Part shown: positions 1 through 11,648 of the stretch, in pieces
How the letters are laid out: each line of letters starts with the position of its first letter
Numbering within the stretch: position 1 is the stretch's first letter
DNA from: Botryllus schlosseri
Lineage: Eukaryota
DNA length: 64,000 nt
Assembly: GCA_051294905.1 (NCBI GenBank)
Contig: CM119381.1
Location: 19,034,001 to 19,098,000 of the forward strand
Direction of reading: 5' to 3'
Position numbers and translations under genes: made by a program
The notes under the pieces: generated by a model
What the model was told of the DNA's origin: nothing
What the model saw: only the letters and a program-made list of their open reading frames with translations
The model's database searches: none

Positions 1-330
1 CACTGTTCATGTGTGCTTCTGTAACCAACCACCTTGCCTCTACTCGGTATATGAAGATCTATTCGTATATGCAATAACTGTGGTTCGTAACCAGTTTTCC
101 CTGCAACTGGTATCACGCGCGCTGTTCTGTTTCGACCGAGCAATACAAAGAAGTCTCACTGATTTGCTATAAATATTCGATATAATGTTTTCGTTTTGTG
201 TGAAAATCATATTATGATAGTTTTGTTCTTTTTGTCCACCAGTGATCTGTAGCAATGTGTTGTATGTGTATTGCCGTGAGTGTTCCCCGTGTTAATAAAG
301 CTCAAGAACCACTGCGCTATGTATTTGAAG

Positions 331-1666
331 GAACGAGGTGGAAACATGCGCTCAAATCGTCCGCAATGATAACAACGGATTGACCGGGCTCACTTACGAC
401 GAGATCGAACGCCGCGTTCGTCAGATATCTGGATTGGACAATTCCATGGTATTGTTATTACGCAGTGTTATGTTACTCAGAATTGTATCGATCGGTTGCG
501 TCATCACAGTCATTTTGCTCTGTAACGAAGATGCATCTTCAAATTTCAAAATTTGCCCGCTCCGATTTGCAAAAAATCTTATGCAAAGCCTCGATCAAAT
601 CTCACTCGAGTACTTTCCAGACCATTCTTTTTGTACCAATTAGATTTGGCATTTATTGGAAATCGTTGGTACTCGGGTAGAAGTAGAATTAACAACGTAA
701 TTTCTACGCAGGTACAAGTAGTAGTGAGTTTCAAGATAGCAAAAAGGTAAGTATATTCCACGCCTAGTTTTGCCTATAAGACTGAAAACAGAAGTATTGT
801 AGTGGTGCAAAAACAAACCGCTGAAGTAGGATAAAAACTGCTTCAGTACTTTGAAAAGTAAGAATACTTTGTTACTGACATCCTCTGGTAGTTACAGCTT
901 GAAAGCACCGGTTGTTATAGGCTCATAACACTTTCTATTTAGAATCCCGTGCCTCTCATGTCCATGCCCTCTTCCGGACAACAGAACTGGAAACTAGACG
1001 ACGCAACAGCGTTTCGAACCTTGGCTCGGGTATGTTTGCGAGAGTGTTTGCGTCGATGCCTTGGGTAAAATTTTTATTCTTTCAAAAGACTGGCGATGAT
1101 GAAGAAGCCCTTTGTCCGATCTGTTGCGACCCGCTGAAGGACGGTCATATTTCGATGTTGGAATGCTCCCACAGGTGAACTGCGTTGTTTCTCTTCTCAA
1201 ATGGTAGAGTCGAATTTGAACATGAATTTTTAAACAGTGTAATTGTGTCATTTGTGTGCGTTTGGCTATTTACTTATGAATATTAACACCGCAGCGGTGA
1301 TAGCTTGTGATCAGTATCGGTGCAATGAAAACATTTAGCCTGTTTGATTATGGATTGGTATTTTTGACTGCCACGGTAGCGCAGTGGTTGCATGTCTAAG
1401 AACCCAGCAGCTCGTAAGCTAAACTGGTGTCGCCGTTTGTAAATTTGGTTCTGGTGTGGGTCGGCTTTGTCTTTAGAAGCACTGATTCATGATTATGTGA
1501 CTGGATGTGTCAATTTCATTCCAGGTTTCATTCCGATTGCATCAGCACATGGATGAAGAAACAACGCACCTGCCCCAACTGTAGGAAGTTCATGTCTGAC
1601 ACGACTGAATTTCCGTCTTTGAATAGATCGCCGCCTGGCCTATCAAGAAATCCGTTCCGCAATTGA
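331..1666 (+). CDS. 3' end of TTC3/DZIP3-like RING-H2 E3 ubiquitin ligase (4 exons visible; 5' part outside window)
   Basis: GT-AG exons 331-448, 943-1029, 1089-1174, 1525-1666 join in frame: NEVETCAQIVRNDNNGLTGLTYDEIERRV...EEALCPICCDPLKDGHISMLECSHRFHSDCISTWMKKQRTCPNCRKFMSDTTEFPSL...stop. C3H2C3 RING at the C-terminus; the upstream GLTGLTYDEI motif and downstream EFP resemble TTC3/DZIP3. Confidence 0.8.
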
Positions 1667-2430
1667 ACTTACACGCTGCCTACTTTTTTGTGACTTTACG
1701 ATTAGCGGCCGACTTGCATTCAAATTTTAGTCTTTTAACTGGTCTGTAGTACCAATGTGGATACATCGGTGTCGGCTCGTTAGTTGAGTGGGTACTGGGA
1801 TAATAGTAATAAACAGAAATTTGTGTGACATGACTTGCTTGGTCATTTTCAATGCCAAGCCAGTATATCACCTTGTATATATCGCAAGCTTTTGTTTCAA
1901 GTATGAGTGAAAACACCATGTCTTGTTAATAGTATTTTTGCAGCTGTCGCTACATAACAGTATTCTGAAGGGTAAACAATCGTGTAGTTCAGCACTGCTA
2001 TGTTCTGTCGCCGTATTTGTACATTTGTAACCATCCCCTGCCTGTGCCTGTGATATATATTGCTGAAGCTTCTGCCCGTGCTGTAACCGATTAATGAAAA
2101 TGGTACATGTTTACTTCAACAGTATTCCGGTTGAACGCGTTCGGTGCTGAGCAAGTGTTTGAATTCTTGGATCTTACAAATCATGTTTGTAGTTCATCTT
2201 TTGCCACTGCCCTGGTCAATCGTTTGTGATATGGAAGTATGTTGATATTCTCAGGTCGTTATTCCAAGTCTTACTGTGGCTCAAGTCGAGCCCAGCATGA
2301 TACGCTGACTTGGTGGAAATAGGGCAGTTGAAAAAGTGCAATGGTAGCAGATATGTGAGAACACCTGGATTTGAAAAATAGTTTTTTTTTAAATTTGAAC
2401 AAGTATACCGCCAATGTTGTCCTATTGTGC

Positions 2431-2596
2431 CTCTCCGTGCTGGTAATCATTATGGAAGTGAAATAAAGTTATGAATTTGGATAAAGTACGCCATGAAAGA
2501 ATGTCATGCTTGCCTCTCCGTGCTGGTAATCATTGAGGAAGTGAAATAAAATTATGAATTTGCATGAAGTTCGCCTTGAAAGAATGTCATGCTTTC
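2431..2596. repeat. Two-copy tandem duplication, 83-bp period
   Basis: ctctccgtgctggtaatcatt...gaaagaatgtcatgct starts at 2431 and again at 2514 with few mismatches. Confidence 0.85.
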
Positions 2597-2874
2597 TTGC
2601 TGACACAGTACGTTATTGGGACTAGTGTACTTCGCAACCAGCCAGGTATGCAGTTGAATAGTAACCAGTGGTTGTAGTTGTGTCACATTTTCTTCCTGCA
2701 CTTGAGGAAATGCTGTACTGGGGTTAGATAGACAAGCCAGACTGATTTCAGTCCCAACATGTCACATTCTTACAGGTAAACCAAGAATGGTTACAATTTC
2801 AATATTATTAGTCAGTGATGGTACACCAGCCGTTTTCACCGCAGTGAGGAGGGGTGGATTACTTTGCCGTGAAG

Positions 2875-3600
2875 CAGTGTTGGGATGACTCGAGTCACCT
2901 TTTTCGTATGACTTGACTCAAGTCTCTTTGCTAAAATGACTTGACTTGGCGTATCGGAAACGTGAATTGACTCGTGACTCGGAGCAAAATTCACGAGTCA
3001 ATTTCAAGTCATCAAGTAATCGGTGTCAATACAAATCACTGTATTTTGCCTATGTTCGGATTGTTCTCGATACGCTGGTGATGATTTTGCATTTTACTTG
3101 AGCATCACTTGATCTCTCTCAAATGAATAGGCCGCAAACGAAGCTTACAGCTTACGCTGTCGTAAACTTGTATTGTAAAGTAATTTCTGTTCTCTCTTTT
3201 GACCTTAACTAAACCTCTTGTTTTATTGAAATTGATTTCGAATTAGAATATAGGCCTAGTACTCAGCCATTGGCGCAGGCTCAAATTGTATCAGATCAAT
3301 TTGTAAATATGTAATATATTGCATCCTATCAATTCATATCTATTCTCCATTTTGGCTGGTAGCTGTGAGCGATACAACGCCTTCTTGTGTGCATATTCAA
3401 CTCTATATTCGTTCATCGGTTCAAAATCAATGACCACTCAATCTGTATTTCAGACATCTAGCAAACCGCAATGACGTAATCACCTCCAAAAATCGAGTGA
3501 CTTGACTTGAATCGAGTCGCCTTTGAAAACTGATTGACTTGACCCGAGTCAAAATTTGCAATGACTCTTGACTTGAAGGTAGTGAATTGATCTCAACACT
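2875..3600. mobile_element. Non-autonomous DNA transposon (MITE) rich in GACTCGAGTC/TGACTTGA motifs
   Basis: Ends cagtgttggg... and ...ctcaacact; repeated subterminal tgactcgagtc/tgacttgact motifs; same family as 53992-54599. Confidence 0.6.
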
Positions 3601-3866
3601 TATGTGACGTTGAATAGTAGATCACAAGCTGCTAATTACTGTAATATTACTGATCTAGTAGTAGTCTGGTAAAATTTCCAGGAAATTTTACCAATGTAGT
3701 TGGCACTATAATAGTTGCCACCAAACTGCTGCCAAATCAATCAAGATAGAGTTTCGGAATGTATTTCGACAATGCCTCATAAACATTAAGATTCGTTGAT
3801 ACTTCGAGTAAATACACAGTTAATTACATTACTAGCTACACACAGCAATCAACATCGACCACGTCG

Positions 3867-6677
3867 CTAGTATTTGCTGGCATGCCTCCCGCTTTTGCCA
3901 GGTCCTCGCGGTCTGGAAGGTTCTATCCCGCTGCCGCGGACGGCTACCGCAGGCGTTTTCACTGGGCGTTTCTTCGGAGCCCTGAAATAACAAAATTTAA
4001 CGACCGACTGAAGAAACTGCCGAGTGCGTGAGCAATTACAAAGCGGCTCCTCCGTGCTTTTGTTTTGGAGCCGCGAGTCCACGTGCTGGTTTCGGTCTGC
4101 CATAATCGAGATTGTAGGAAGTGGTGCGTTTGCGCCATTCGTTTTCAAAGTCCTGTTCCTCATCTGCAAGGGACAATGTTATCGTAAGCAGACTGGTAAA
4201 CACATAATATGGGACAATGCATATAATACTTCTGCAAGAGAACTAGTCAAAAACCACCTGCCTAAAGAGATGTAGGCATAGAATATACAGACCAAAGGTT
4301 GGAAACTGTTCAGGTTAAAGTGGAGTTAGTCTTACGACGTAATCCCATTACATGGCACAACTAAGCAAAATCTACTAGAGTACTCTGAAAGGGCACTTTT
4401 TTTACTGGCCACCTCCGCTACCTACAGACAAGTGAAGATTTTCAAAGCACAAAATGTAGATAGTGTTGTTAGGAAATGTTTCATTTTTGCGACAATTGAA
4501 ACTCGCGGTAGGTTGTGAGCGATCAACTTGAATTGGTAAACGCAAATACTTCATTATGTGCTTGTTTATGGTAGGGCGGCATGTCTCGGAATACCTTCAT
4601 CCATATGGTAGTAATTTTTCTCTTCGATAGTTTCATTAGCCTTGTTATTACGTCGCCGTTCAACCACCCGCCCCTTGTCGCCAATATGGTGTCCGATAGC
4701 CATCTTGTCGATTCCTGTTTCGCTGTCGCGGAGAGTTCGTCTGGTCTCCTTGACCTAGAAAAGCGGTTTCAAGTTTTGGAGAAAATCAAAATTATTGTAA
4801 AGTAGTTTTATATCTTTGATGTCGACACTGACAAAATTTTAGTTTCCTATTATACATACAGATATAGAGATTCAGTCATATCAATTCAAGCAAATTTTCA
4901 GCCTAAAGGAGCACAAAGAGTTACTGGTATGTACTACGCAAGAATAACTCTATAAGACAGCAATTGAATGAAATACAGAATTGTGTTGTAGTCGATGCTT
5001 TTCCTCCACTTACAATTGTTGAGAAATGCAATTCATTCCTAGACAAAAACTGTCGATTACCATTGTAATTATGATTCTATGGCGGCAGATGTGCAGAAGA
5101 GTGTGGAAATGTACTAGTAGGCTAGCCTATAATTTTCAATCGATGTCGCTGAAACAATTGATAACAGAGATGGTCATCATCTCAGCAAAATAGAGCAAAG
5201 TAGCTTTTGCCTACTTGTACTATTTATTCAAATGTTCATGTTGCTAGACATCTTCTACTTTACAGTTGGGTTTTCTAAAGTGGAAAGTAGCTTTGGGGAA
5301 TGTTTCCATCACCACTTTTATGAGTGAAATTATCACGCTAACTGGGCAATCTAGTCTCTGTACCAAGGTAATTGAATTTATTTTCAGAAAATGCACATAT
5401 TTGTAGTCAAGCGTCATTAATAGTTTTTCATCAGTCGCAAGATACGCCAGAAAATGCCAAAAGTAGCCATTCTGATAAGTCCTAAAAGTATTCCTCTAAA
5501 ATTAGGGTTAGGTCAGGGCTCAAGGTTAATGCTAGTTTTAGGGTTATAGAGTCAAGTTACTTGTACTTGTGGAGTTAAAATTTACTACGTCACTTCTACT
5601 CAAGTACTGACGATGGCTACTTTAAAGTCGCACTGGCGCTCACTTGAAACATCACTCACGTTGCCCGGAGCGCGTCTCGTCGACGTCGAAGCCTGATAAT
5701 ACTTGGGCTCGGACTTCCCGTCGTTCCTGTAGCTCATCACGGTCGAAGAAGAAAAGCTGTGAACGTTAGGATCGCCGCCGTCCTGTTCAACACATCGCGC
5801 CGTATAAGTCTACGCGTCTTTCGGGGCTCTGTCTTGCGCGCCTACCGCCTTCCCTTCCAGATCCGCCATGTGACGATGCATGTCCGACATCATGGAGTTC
5901 ATGGATTGGAAAAATCCGCCGAAAGGATGAGAGACTCGCCGATCATTTCCTTCCCTGAAAGGGGACGCGAATATTAAGGTTGACGAGTCAGATGGGATAT
6001 GGGTTAGGAATCACTGCTCAGATTCAATATGGCAGTCGGAGTTATAGAAATTTTGTAAGACGCTTTGAAGTCTAAGTCAGGGAAACACATACTGGCGATG
6101 GTCAGAGTTAGTTACAGAATTTCTTTCTGCGACCCCAATTTATATTGAATTACAAGACGTCATCTGATTCACTTAATATAAAAGTGTACGGTAGTAGTAG
6201 GCTAGGTATACAAGAAGAAAATATTCGAAGTCGAAGTGTTCAAAATTTCTGGTGTCATATTTGGTATTTAAAAATGTCAGGAGTCAGAGTTAGATCCAAT
6301 GATAAAGCGGACAGACTCCACATCCCTGGTTACAACCATTATCAATAATCAGGGTGAAGGCATGGGTTAATTATATTTCAGAATTTATCATATTTCAACG
6401 GGGTTGAACTGATATCCCAAGCTGTCAGGGGGTTATGTGAATTTGTGACATTTTATCAAGAGCATACATACCTGTCATTTTCTCTGTTGCCTTTGCCGTC
6501 TGCCAATGCCAAGAATGGATCTCGAGATCCTCCCATTGACTCGAAGATATTGCGATGCGCCCCGAATCCGCTGAAATCCCAGGTCCATGATTACACGAAG
6601 AACAAAATAAAGCACAGTGTTAATCGTTACCTGAAGAACGGATCTTCGTCAAAGTCTTTCATGAATCTGCCAAACAT
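3867..6677 (-). CDS. MLF: Myeloid leukemia factor (MLF1/MLF2 family), 7 exons, ~258 aa
   Basis: Minus-strand exons 6631-6677, 6472-6570, 5846-5954, 5660-5782, 4595-4754, 4040-4163, 3867-3981 (777 nt) with GT-AG introns in consistent phase. Translation MFGRFMKDFDEDPFFS...HSFSSSTVMSYRNDGKSEPKYYQASTSTRRAPGNVKETRRTLRDSETGIDKMAIGHHIGDKGRVVERRRNNKANETIEEKNYYHMDEDEEQDFENEW matches the conserved MLF core. Confidence 0.95.
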
Positions 6678-7110
6678 CTTTTCTTGAGGGACTAACACAA
6701 GCTCCCGTAAGAACGGGTTTTACAACAAAATAGTCAAATAATTGAGGTTTCTGTTCGAGATGAAGCAATGATTGTATTACTGAAGACTGGGAAATTTGAG
6801 AAAAATATGCAAGCTGCCAGTAATGATGCATCTAAACCGACTACATGGTCACTATTCATAAAATGTTGAACCTTGCAAAGGCGACGCTTAGTAAATGGCG
6901 GATTCTTGGAGCAAAGCGTTCCTTGTAACAACTGGCAGTGACATGGGGACAAGAATTTTGAATGAATCAATGTAACACTATTGCAAGATTATTGTAGAAC
7001 ACTGTATTCATTGAAAGTGGTAATGAACTACAGCACTGGAGTGCCATGTAAAATCAGTGGCAGGGTTCTGAATTCTTACAATTTGACAACAGACCAGAGG
7101 CGAATAATAA

Positions 7111-8196
7111 TCACTTGATAAGTGAGTACAACAGCTTGATTTCCTTTTTGTAAATGTCATCATTTCCGTACGGAGTCTCTAAAATCATTGGTATTTTCGC
7201 CAAGCGAGGATCATTCATAATCCTACGAAATCCTTCGAGACCAATGGTTCCCTTCCCTATGTTTTCATGTCGATCTTTATGACAACCCGATGGTCCTTTG
7301 GAATCATTCAGATGAAAAGCTTTCACATATTCCCAACCAATAATTGATTCCAAATCCCCTGTAAACGCATCATAACCTTCAGAAGAGGAAAGGTCATAGC
7401 CAGCGGCATGAGAATGGCAGGTATCAATACAGACGCCAATCCTTGATTTGTCATCAACTTTATTTATAATAGACTTCAGTTCCTTAAATTTTCCACCCAC
7501 GGTGTTTCCTTGACAGCTCATATTCTCCAGGAGTACGATAACATACGTTGTTGCACGGTGTGCTTTGTTAATTGCATCCGCAATAGCGGTAAGACATTCG
7601 TCAATCGATACTTTTCCAAGAGTTGATCCTGGATGAAAATTGAAGAATACCAAACCTAATTTTTCACATCTATTTAATTCTTCCACCAACATTGCATCAC
7701 TTTTTTCCTTCACGTCAGGCCTGGGAGAACCGCAATTCATCAAATATGATCCATGCGGCACTATCTGATTTGGTTGATATCCCAACTTTTTGCAAGTGTC
7801 CATGAATCGTTTTGCATGTTCATCAATCAACGGTTTCATGTTCCATTGCTGCTGGCTGTGGAGGAATAGTCCGAAAGCTTTCGCACCAAATTGTGCGGCC
7901 TCTTGAGGGGCCTTCCACAGGCCCCCTGAAATGGACGTGTGACAGCCGATGAACATACTATCAGCGAAGTTTTGAGATATTGGTATGTCAGATTCTGATT
8001 TTTTCACAGATGTCACTTTGTCGGTGGGAGTTTTGTAGTATTTTTCAAGAGTGGTATGTTCTTTCTTCACGTTCTCTACCGAATTTAATGTTTTCCTTTT
8101 TCGAGACGTCTTTTCTGCCCCAACTTTGGGTTGATTGGCTACATGGGGCTCTGATTTACAGTCCTTTGTAGCCAATCTAGCACTTCTTCGTAACAT
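7111..8196 (-). CDS. APN1: Intronless endonuclease IV (Nfo/APN1-family AP endonuclease), 361 aa
   Basis: Single ORF with motifs for all nine Zn ligands of the family: VPHGSY, NFHPG, LLENMS, IDTCH, FHLNDSK, KDRHENIG, ILETP. About 80-aa basic N-terminal extension. Confidence 0.95.
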   Translation of the reverse strand: MLRRSARLATKDCKSEPHVANQPKVGAEKTSRKRKTLNSVENVKKEHTTLEKYYKTPTDKVTSVKKSESDIPISQNFADSMFIGCHTSISGGLWKAPQEAAQFGAKAFGLFLHSQQQWNMKPLIDEHAKRFMDTCKKLGYQPNQIVPHGSYLMNCGSPRPDVKEKSDAMLVEELNRCEKLGLVFFNFHPGSTLGKVSIDECLTAIADAINKAHRATTYVIVLLENMSCQGNTVGGKFKELKSIINKVDDKSRIGVCIDTCHSHAAGYDLSSSEGYDAFTGDLESIIGWEYVKAFHLNDSKGPSGCHKDRHENIGKGTIGLEGFRRIMNDPRLAKIPMILETPYGNDDIYKKEIKLLYSLIK

Positions 8197-8454
8197 TTCG
8201 GATCAAGGTTGTACTGTTATATCAAATATACCGAGTCTATTTAGTATTTATTATACCTTATACAGTTATACGGTTATACAGGTGTTGTACCATAGTAAAA
8301 GAAATGGCGGAAGTAGTGTGGTTAACTACCAACCAGTGGCCCTTGGAATCGCGGTACGTTTTGCCTGATACAACAGGTGAGCAGCGATGATTCTCCAAGT
8401 TAAAAAATATTCAGAAAAATCAAGAATTGTGTGAGTACAGGACACCGATTCCAT

Positions 8455-9137
8455 AGAGAAGGGTTGGTGCTCGTACCTTGCAAATGACCAAGAAGCCTTG
8501 CAAATGACCAAGGATTCACCTCGCAAATGACCAAGGAACCTTGCAAATGACCAAGGAATTACCTTGCAAATGACCAAGAATCTTGCAAATGGCCAAGGAT
8601 TTGGATTTTGCCGAATTGGTGATGGGAGGGCCAATCTGGATGAACCAGTTAACCAACGTCAGTTTTAGATGAAAATTTGAATTTTTGGATTTGAATTTGG
8701 ATTTTGCCGAATTGGTGGGGGCCAGAGTAGAATTGGTGGCAAACGTCACGCGCAACTTTTCATTTAATTCTTTAATTATTCTATGGAAGAAACCCTTCTG
8801 TCACAACCACTGATTCCAGTCTGGGGTGGGGGGAGGACCCATCTGGTTGAACCAGTTAACTGACGTGAGCTTTAAATGAAAACTTATATTTTATTTGGAT
8901 TTGGCCTAATAGGTGGGGGAGGACCCATCTTGTCTTGTCCCACTCTGCCGTGAGTTTTGACCCTTCTTGGTCATTTGCAAGGTAAAATCAATCCTTGGCC
9001 ATTTGCAATTAAGATTCTTGGTCATTTGCAAGGTAATTCCTTGGTCATTTGCAAGGTTCCTTGGTCATTTGCAAGGTAAATCCTTGGTCATTTGCAAGGT
9101 TTCTTGGTCATTTGCAAGGTACGAGCACCAACCCTAT
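8455..9137. mobile_element. Foldback/MULE-like non-autonomous element with tandem-repeat TIRs
   Basis: Left arm gggttggtgctcgtacc plus about 6 copies of ttgcaaatgaccaagg (8461-8600); right arm is the reverse complement (8967-9134). Flanked by a 9-bp direct repeat cgattccat (8446-8454 and 9138-9146). Confidence 0.8.
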
Positions 9138-9625
9138 CGATTCCATGCAGGGTGGGTGATGTGCCTTTCGTTCCTTTAGATGACAGGTTTCGTGTCGTAC
9201 GTTGTCTATGAAAGATGAGGGCAAGGTTGTTGCCATTTATACAGCACCGACTTTCGAATATGCATACTGCAACCTTGCATGTTTACCGCCGAAATATAGA
9301 TGTTTCCTCTCAACCTCAACGGAAGTCGAACTCACACTATACCGCATTTTACTACACATAGCATACGCAATGGAGAAAAGATTAACTTCCCTCATGCACA
9401 ATGCACATCGAGCGTCGAAGGTAACAAATTCACAAATCCCATCTCGCCATGTCCATTACCGGTAGTAAAAATGGAAATCCACGACGGAGCGTTGGCGTTC
9501 GTCAGCTCGGCTCCGTTGCTACGCGGAAGCAATCGTTCACTGCACCAGCGAACAATCGAGAAATCTCTTGCCAGTTGTTAGAGAACCATGGAGATTACAT
9601 CACATACTAGTTTGGGGGTACGTCA

Positions 9626-10027
9626 CAGAGATGAGCATGGATTAGGATAAAGTTTTGAAAAAACTGGATTTGTGAAATTTTGTCGGATTTGGATTAGACA
9701 TTGTTTTCAGAACGGATTAGGATTTGGATTGGATCTACCTATTTTCTGGGAGATTGAAATGTCGTGTGGCGAATGGCGACAAACTTTATTCAGATCAGTT
9801 ATTAATGTACTTATGGTTATCTTGAATCAAGTGAATCGTTGGTTGCGAAAGAAAATTTTCGAATCCCTCCATTGCATAAATTAGTATTTTTTCTGAATTT
9901 CCAGTGGGAATCGGATTAGGATTGGACATGGACTTGAATATGAAAAAGTTATGGATTAGGATTTGGATTTGAACGTTCGGATTTGGATTGGATTAGGACA
10001 TAGAAATTTCAAATCCGCTCATCTCTG
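9626..10027. mobile_element. hAT-type MITE
   Basis: TIRs cagagatgagc...gctcatctctg; perfect 8-bp TSD gtacgtca (9618-9625 and 10028-10035); internal ggatt(a/t)gg repeats. Confidence 0.85.
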
Positions 10028-10040
10028 GTACGTCAGTCAG

Positions 10041-10271
10041 GTTTATTAATATTTTCATCATTTCAAAAGATCACAAGACTGCGATACAATGAAAAGATAG
10101 GAAGGTGTCGAAACAACTTGGAGTAGCCTTTAATATCAGACACCCACCTTAGCCTAGGCGAAGTAAAGAAGAGGCATGCACACTGAATGAAAAGTAATGC
10201 AGATAATTAAAGACGCAGGCTACAAAATGAGGTGGCATGTGGTGGAGGGCGAGGTCGATGTTAGGTCGTGG
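10041..10271 (-). mobile_element. 3' UTR fragment of an L2/CR1-type LINE (inverted relative to 10340-10965)
   Basis: Reverse-complement match to 10710-10945 (gcgatacaatgaaaaga..., gacacccacctt.gcctaggcga, ggcatgcacactgaatgaaa). Confidence 0.7.
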
Positions 10272-10339
10272 CCCGGCCTGCAGACTGGCTAGTACGTGCG
10301 CATTATGCAGCATGTCCAATGTCCATTTCCCAATGACCC

Positions 10340-10965
10340 ACTGTACACTTCGCAGTGAAAATATGGGCAAGTCGCTGCTGAAGAGATTCGGCGTCCTAAA
10401 CATAGAAGATATGCGGAAACTAGAAATCGCCAAGTTTATGTGTCAGTTTCACTGCGGTCGTTGCCCCGAATATTTCAATGACTTCTTTACCTCTGAATCA
10501 AAAGCGCACAAGTACAACACACGCGCATCCACGTCGTCCAAATATCATATGATCGACCGAAAAGATCATCGCTCCATCAAATATGCCGGACCTGATGTGT
10601 GGAACAGTATCCCGCCGGCCATCCGACAGTCGACGAGCATGTCCACATTCAAGTCGAAATACAAGCAATTACTACTAAATAAATACAGTCCATCCTCAAG
10701 ATTACCGGACCACGACTGACCTATCGATCTCGCTTCCCAAGACATGCCGCCCTATTTCTTGTCGCATTCTTCTTCTATACTATCTTCTTTACTTTCATTC
10801 AGTGTGCATGCCTCCTCTTTACATCGCCTAGGCCAAGGTGGGTGTCAGATTCCATAGACTACTCCCTGTCGCTTCGACATCTTCCTGTCTTTTCATTGTA
10901 TCGCATTTTTGTGGTGTATTGAACTGATAAAATTGCTAATAAACCAATGATGAATGATGATGATG
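10340..10965 (+). mobile_element. 5'-truncated L2/CR1-clade LINE (ORF2 C-terminus, 3' UTR, (ATG)n tail)
   Basis: ORF 10237-10719 contains LNIEDMRKLEIAKFMCQF...HKYNTR...RSIKYAGPDVWNSIPPAIRQSTSMSTFKSKYKQLLL, typical of the post-RT region; ends aataaaccaatgatgaatgatgatgatg. Confidence 0.8.
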
Positions 10966-11305
10966 GTACTGAACGACTTGGGTGAAAACAACGAGAAATC
11001 GTGACACGAGAGTCGGACGCATATATTATCAAAGGAAAGGACGTAGTTCATTTTTGTCCTTGATGTGTTTTTTGCGGCATATACACCAACTCATGATACA
11101 ATATCAATATCTGAAAATGCATGGTTGAAATCTTGCCGATGGAGTGAAGCCTTGTGTTACTGTATATTGATTATATATCCTCCCTTTGTTAACTTTGGCT
11201 TCGCCGTTCCTGCCCCCGCTTTCCGCTGTCTTCGGTCACATGGTTTACATCACTTAGTCAGATCAGCCTTTATTTCAAAGAATTTGCATGGTAAATTGCT
11301 AGGCG

Positions 11306-11648
11306 TCTAGGTTGCATTTGTAACAGTGAACAGCACGCATTCAGTGGCCACTAGAGATGATAGAGTTTAAAACAAAAAATTCACTGATTGCTTGACCTGA
11401 AAGCCGAAGGGAGTGAAGTGAAGTCAGAGGAACACTTTTTGGTCTGTTCTTTTGTATACAATAAGCGGAAGCGATACCATATTCCTAACGAAGGTTTTTC
11501 AGTTACCAGTCCATTCTGAAACGTTCAACTTGAGATATTGTGAGAAATTCAGTTTTCAACGCTTACGTCATATCCATCCTTTGTGCTATAAGTGCATATA
11601 GTTTTCACTGGACTTGCACCCGCATTTGTTGAGCGGTTGGAGTATATC
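11306..11648 (-). other. Possible 3' exons of an unidentified spliced gene
   Basis: In-phase open segments of about 11567-11648, 11397-11515 and 11306-11350 are bounded by GT/AG (introns of 51 and 46 nt), with AATAAA on the minus strand at 11269-11274. No family recognised. Confidence 0.25.

Noticed and set aside
7111-8196. Horizontal transfer of a bacterial nfo gene
   Set aside because: Nfo/APN1 homologues occur in many eukaryotes, the composition matches the host and there is a eukaryote-style basic N-terminal extension. Lack of introns alone is insufficient without a phylogeny.
8461-9134. Regular ~20-bp repeat array resembling a CRISPR array
   Set aside because: The units are contiguous with no unique spacers, occur as two inverted arms with a TSD, and lie in a eukaryotic context without cas genes.
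9187-9420. Open plus-strand segment bounded by AG and GT (78 codons)
   Set aside because: No recognisable protein, no partner exons found, and it sits between transposons.
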